From positions 805,159-825,158 of the forward strand of contig BAAIJX010000004.1 of assembly GCA_054600435.1 (NCBI GenBank): 20,000 nt of DNA, given 5' to 3'. The translations under genes and the position numbers were made by a program. Below are positions 18,836 to 20,000 of this stretch, piece after piece. How positions within the stretch are numbered: position 1 is the stretch's first letter; every line of letters begins with the position of its first letter. The stretch is from Neophaeotheca triangularis (taxonomy: Eukaryota). Under the pieces are notes generated by a model. That model was given only the letters and a program-made list of their open reading frames with translations. It was not told the origin of the DNA and did no database searches.

Positions 18836-20000
18836 ATACTTTAAAGTAAAGTATCTAGGGAATATATAGCTTAATAGTAAACCCTTAGGTATCTACTACC
18901 CTACTCGGTAGTAGAACTAACTTATACCGGCAAAAAACGGTCTATTTTACTAGCAAATTTAAATTCTTGTTTTTTTAGTAGTAGAACCGGGAATTTCGAT
19001 ATTTTAAGGTAAGGAATCGATTCCTAAGGGCTTAAATACCCTAGAAAACATATTAAAACATTAGATTTACTTAAGTCTCTTAATAGGGTAGGGTAAAGGC
19101 CCTAGACCTTAGGGTATAATCCTAATTTCTAAAAAGGGAAATTTTGTAAAATCTAAAGTTATAGTCTTCTTCTTTAGGGTCTATATAGCTACTTTATAGC
19201 TTAAAAGTATAGGAATACCTAGTGTAGTAATTAAATAAGGGTGCTTTTAGATTAGAGTTAGAGATATTAAGGAACTTAGGCCTTATAAAATATAGGAGGG
19301 GTTTATACTTAATAGGAACTTTACCCTAGCCTTTTTTAGGGTTTAGGAAGTTATATACTAAGCCTATATAAGTATTAAAGGGTGTACTAAGGTTATTAAA
19401 GAATTAAATCTAGTTTAAAGTAAAGAATCTTAAGGATAACTAAAGTATTATAGGATTAACATCTAGTATATATAAGTAATAGTATTCTTAGGGTTTATAT
19501 AGATCTTTAGCGATTAATAGAGTATATTAAAAGTCTCTTTATAGTAGTAGAGGCCCTTAGTAGTACTAGTAAGACTAAATTAGAATAAGGTCTCTCTTAC
19601 TAGTAAAGTACTTTAAGGACTATCTCTAGACTAGCGCTATTATATTAGACTACTACTATATTATAATAGTATTTAAAAGGTCTTTAGGCTCCTAAGTAAC
19701 TTAGCTTAAAGCTCTAGTAGTTTATTATAAGTTAAAGGGAAGTTAAGAAGTATAGTAAATAAGGTAAAGTAGAAATAATAGGGAGTAATATATTATTATA
19801 AAGTAAATAAGATTAGGATATATATAAGGTAATATAAATATACTATTCTCTTTAGGTATACTTAAGCTCTCTTTTAGCTAAAGGATTAGTCTATAAGTAG
19901 TAGTAATGTATATAGATAAGGATCCTTAGCCTAAAACTAAAATTTAGTATAGAGATAGTAGTAATAGGGGTATAACTATAAAATCTTTAGGGTTAGCTCT
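18836..20000. repeat. AT-rich, heavily RIP-mutated repeat relic (continues past the window)
   Basis: Very low GC, extreme TpA excess, CpA/TpG nearly absent, no ORFs; original element not identifiable. Confidence 0.8.

Noticed and set aside
18836..20000. Identifying the older relic (transposase or captured gene)
   Set aside because: Too degraded to read any convincing protein motif on either strand.

Overview
Filamentous-ascomycete-type genomic DNA (short GT-AG introns with CTRAY branch points; RIP-type CpA->TpA damage). The left part (1-11002) is gene-rich: the 3' end of CDS1, an RNF126-like RING-H2 ligase, a YtcJ-like amidohydrolase, then a compact ~5 kb four-gene cluster matching the bacterial/cyanobacterial arsenosugar gene set. 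The cluster is two divergent pairs: arsM (As(III) methyltransferase) with an intron-split arsS (radical SAM + DUF3641), and a TIGR04282/DUF2064 transferase with a TIGR04283 GT2 glycosyltransferase. arsS is fragmented in the ORF track and was reconstructed here by hand as 8 exons; it has an in-frame TAG inside its conserved C-terminal Cys motif (HCYGCTAG*GSSCGG). The right part (~11030-20000) is an AT-rich RIP-degraded block containing a full-length, RIP-inactivated Ty3/Gypsy chromovirus (419-bp LTRs, TAAAT target-site duplication, -1 frameshift site) that also carries an antisense Zn-cluster-like/coiled-coil ORF. Family calls come from motif recognition only; no searches were run.
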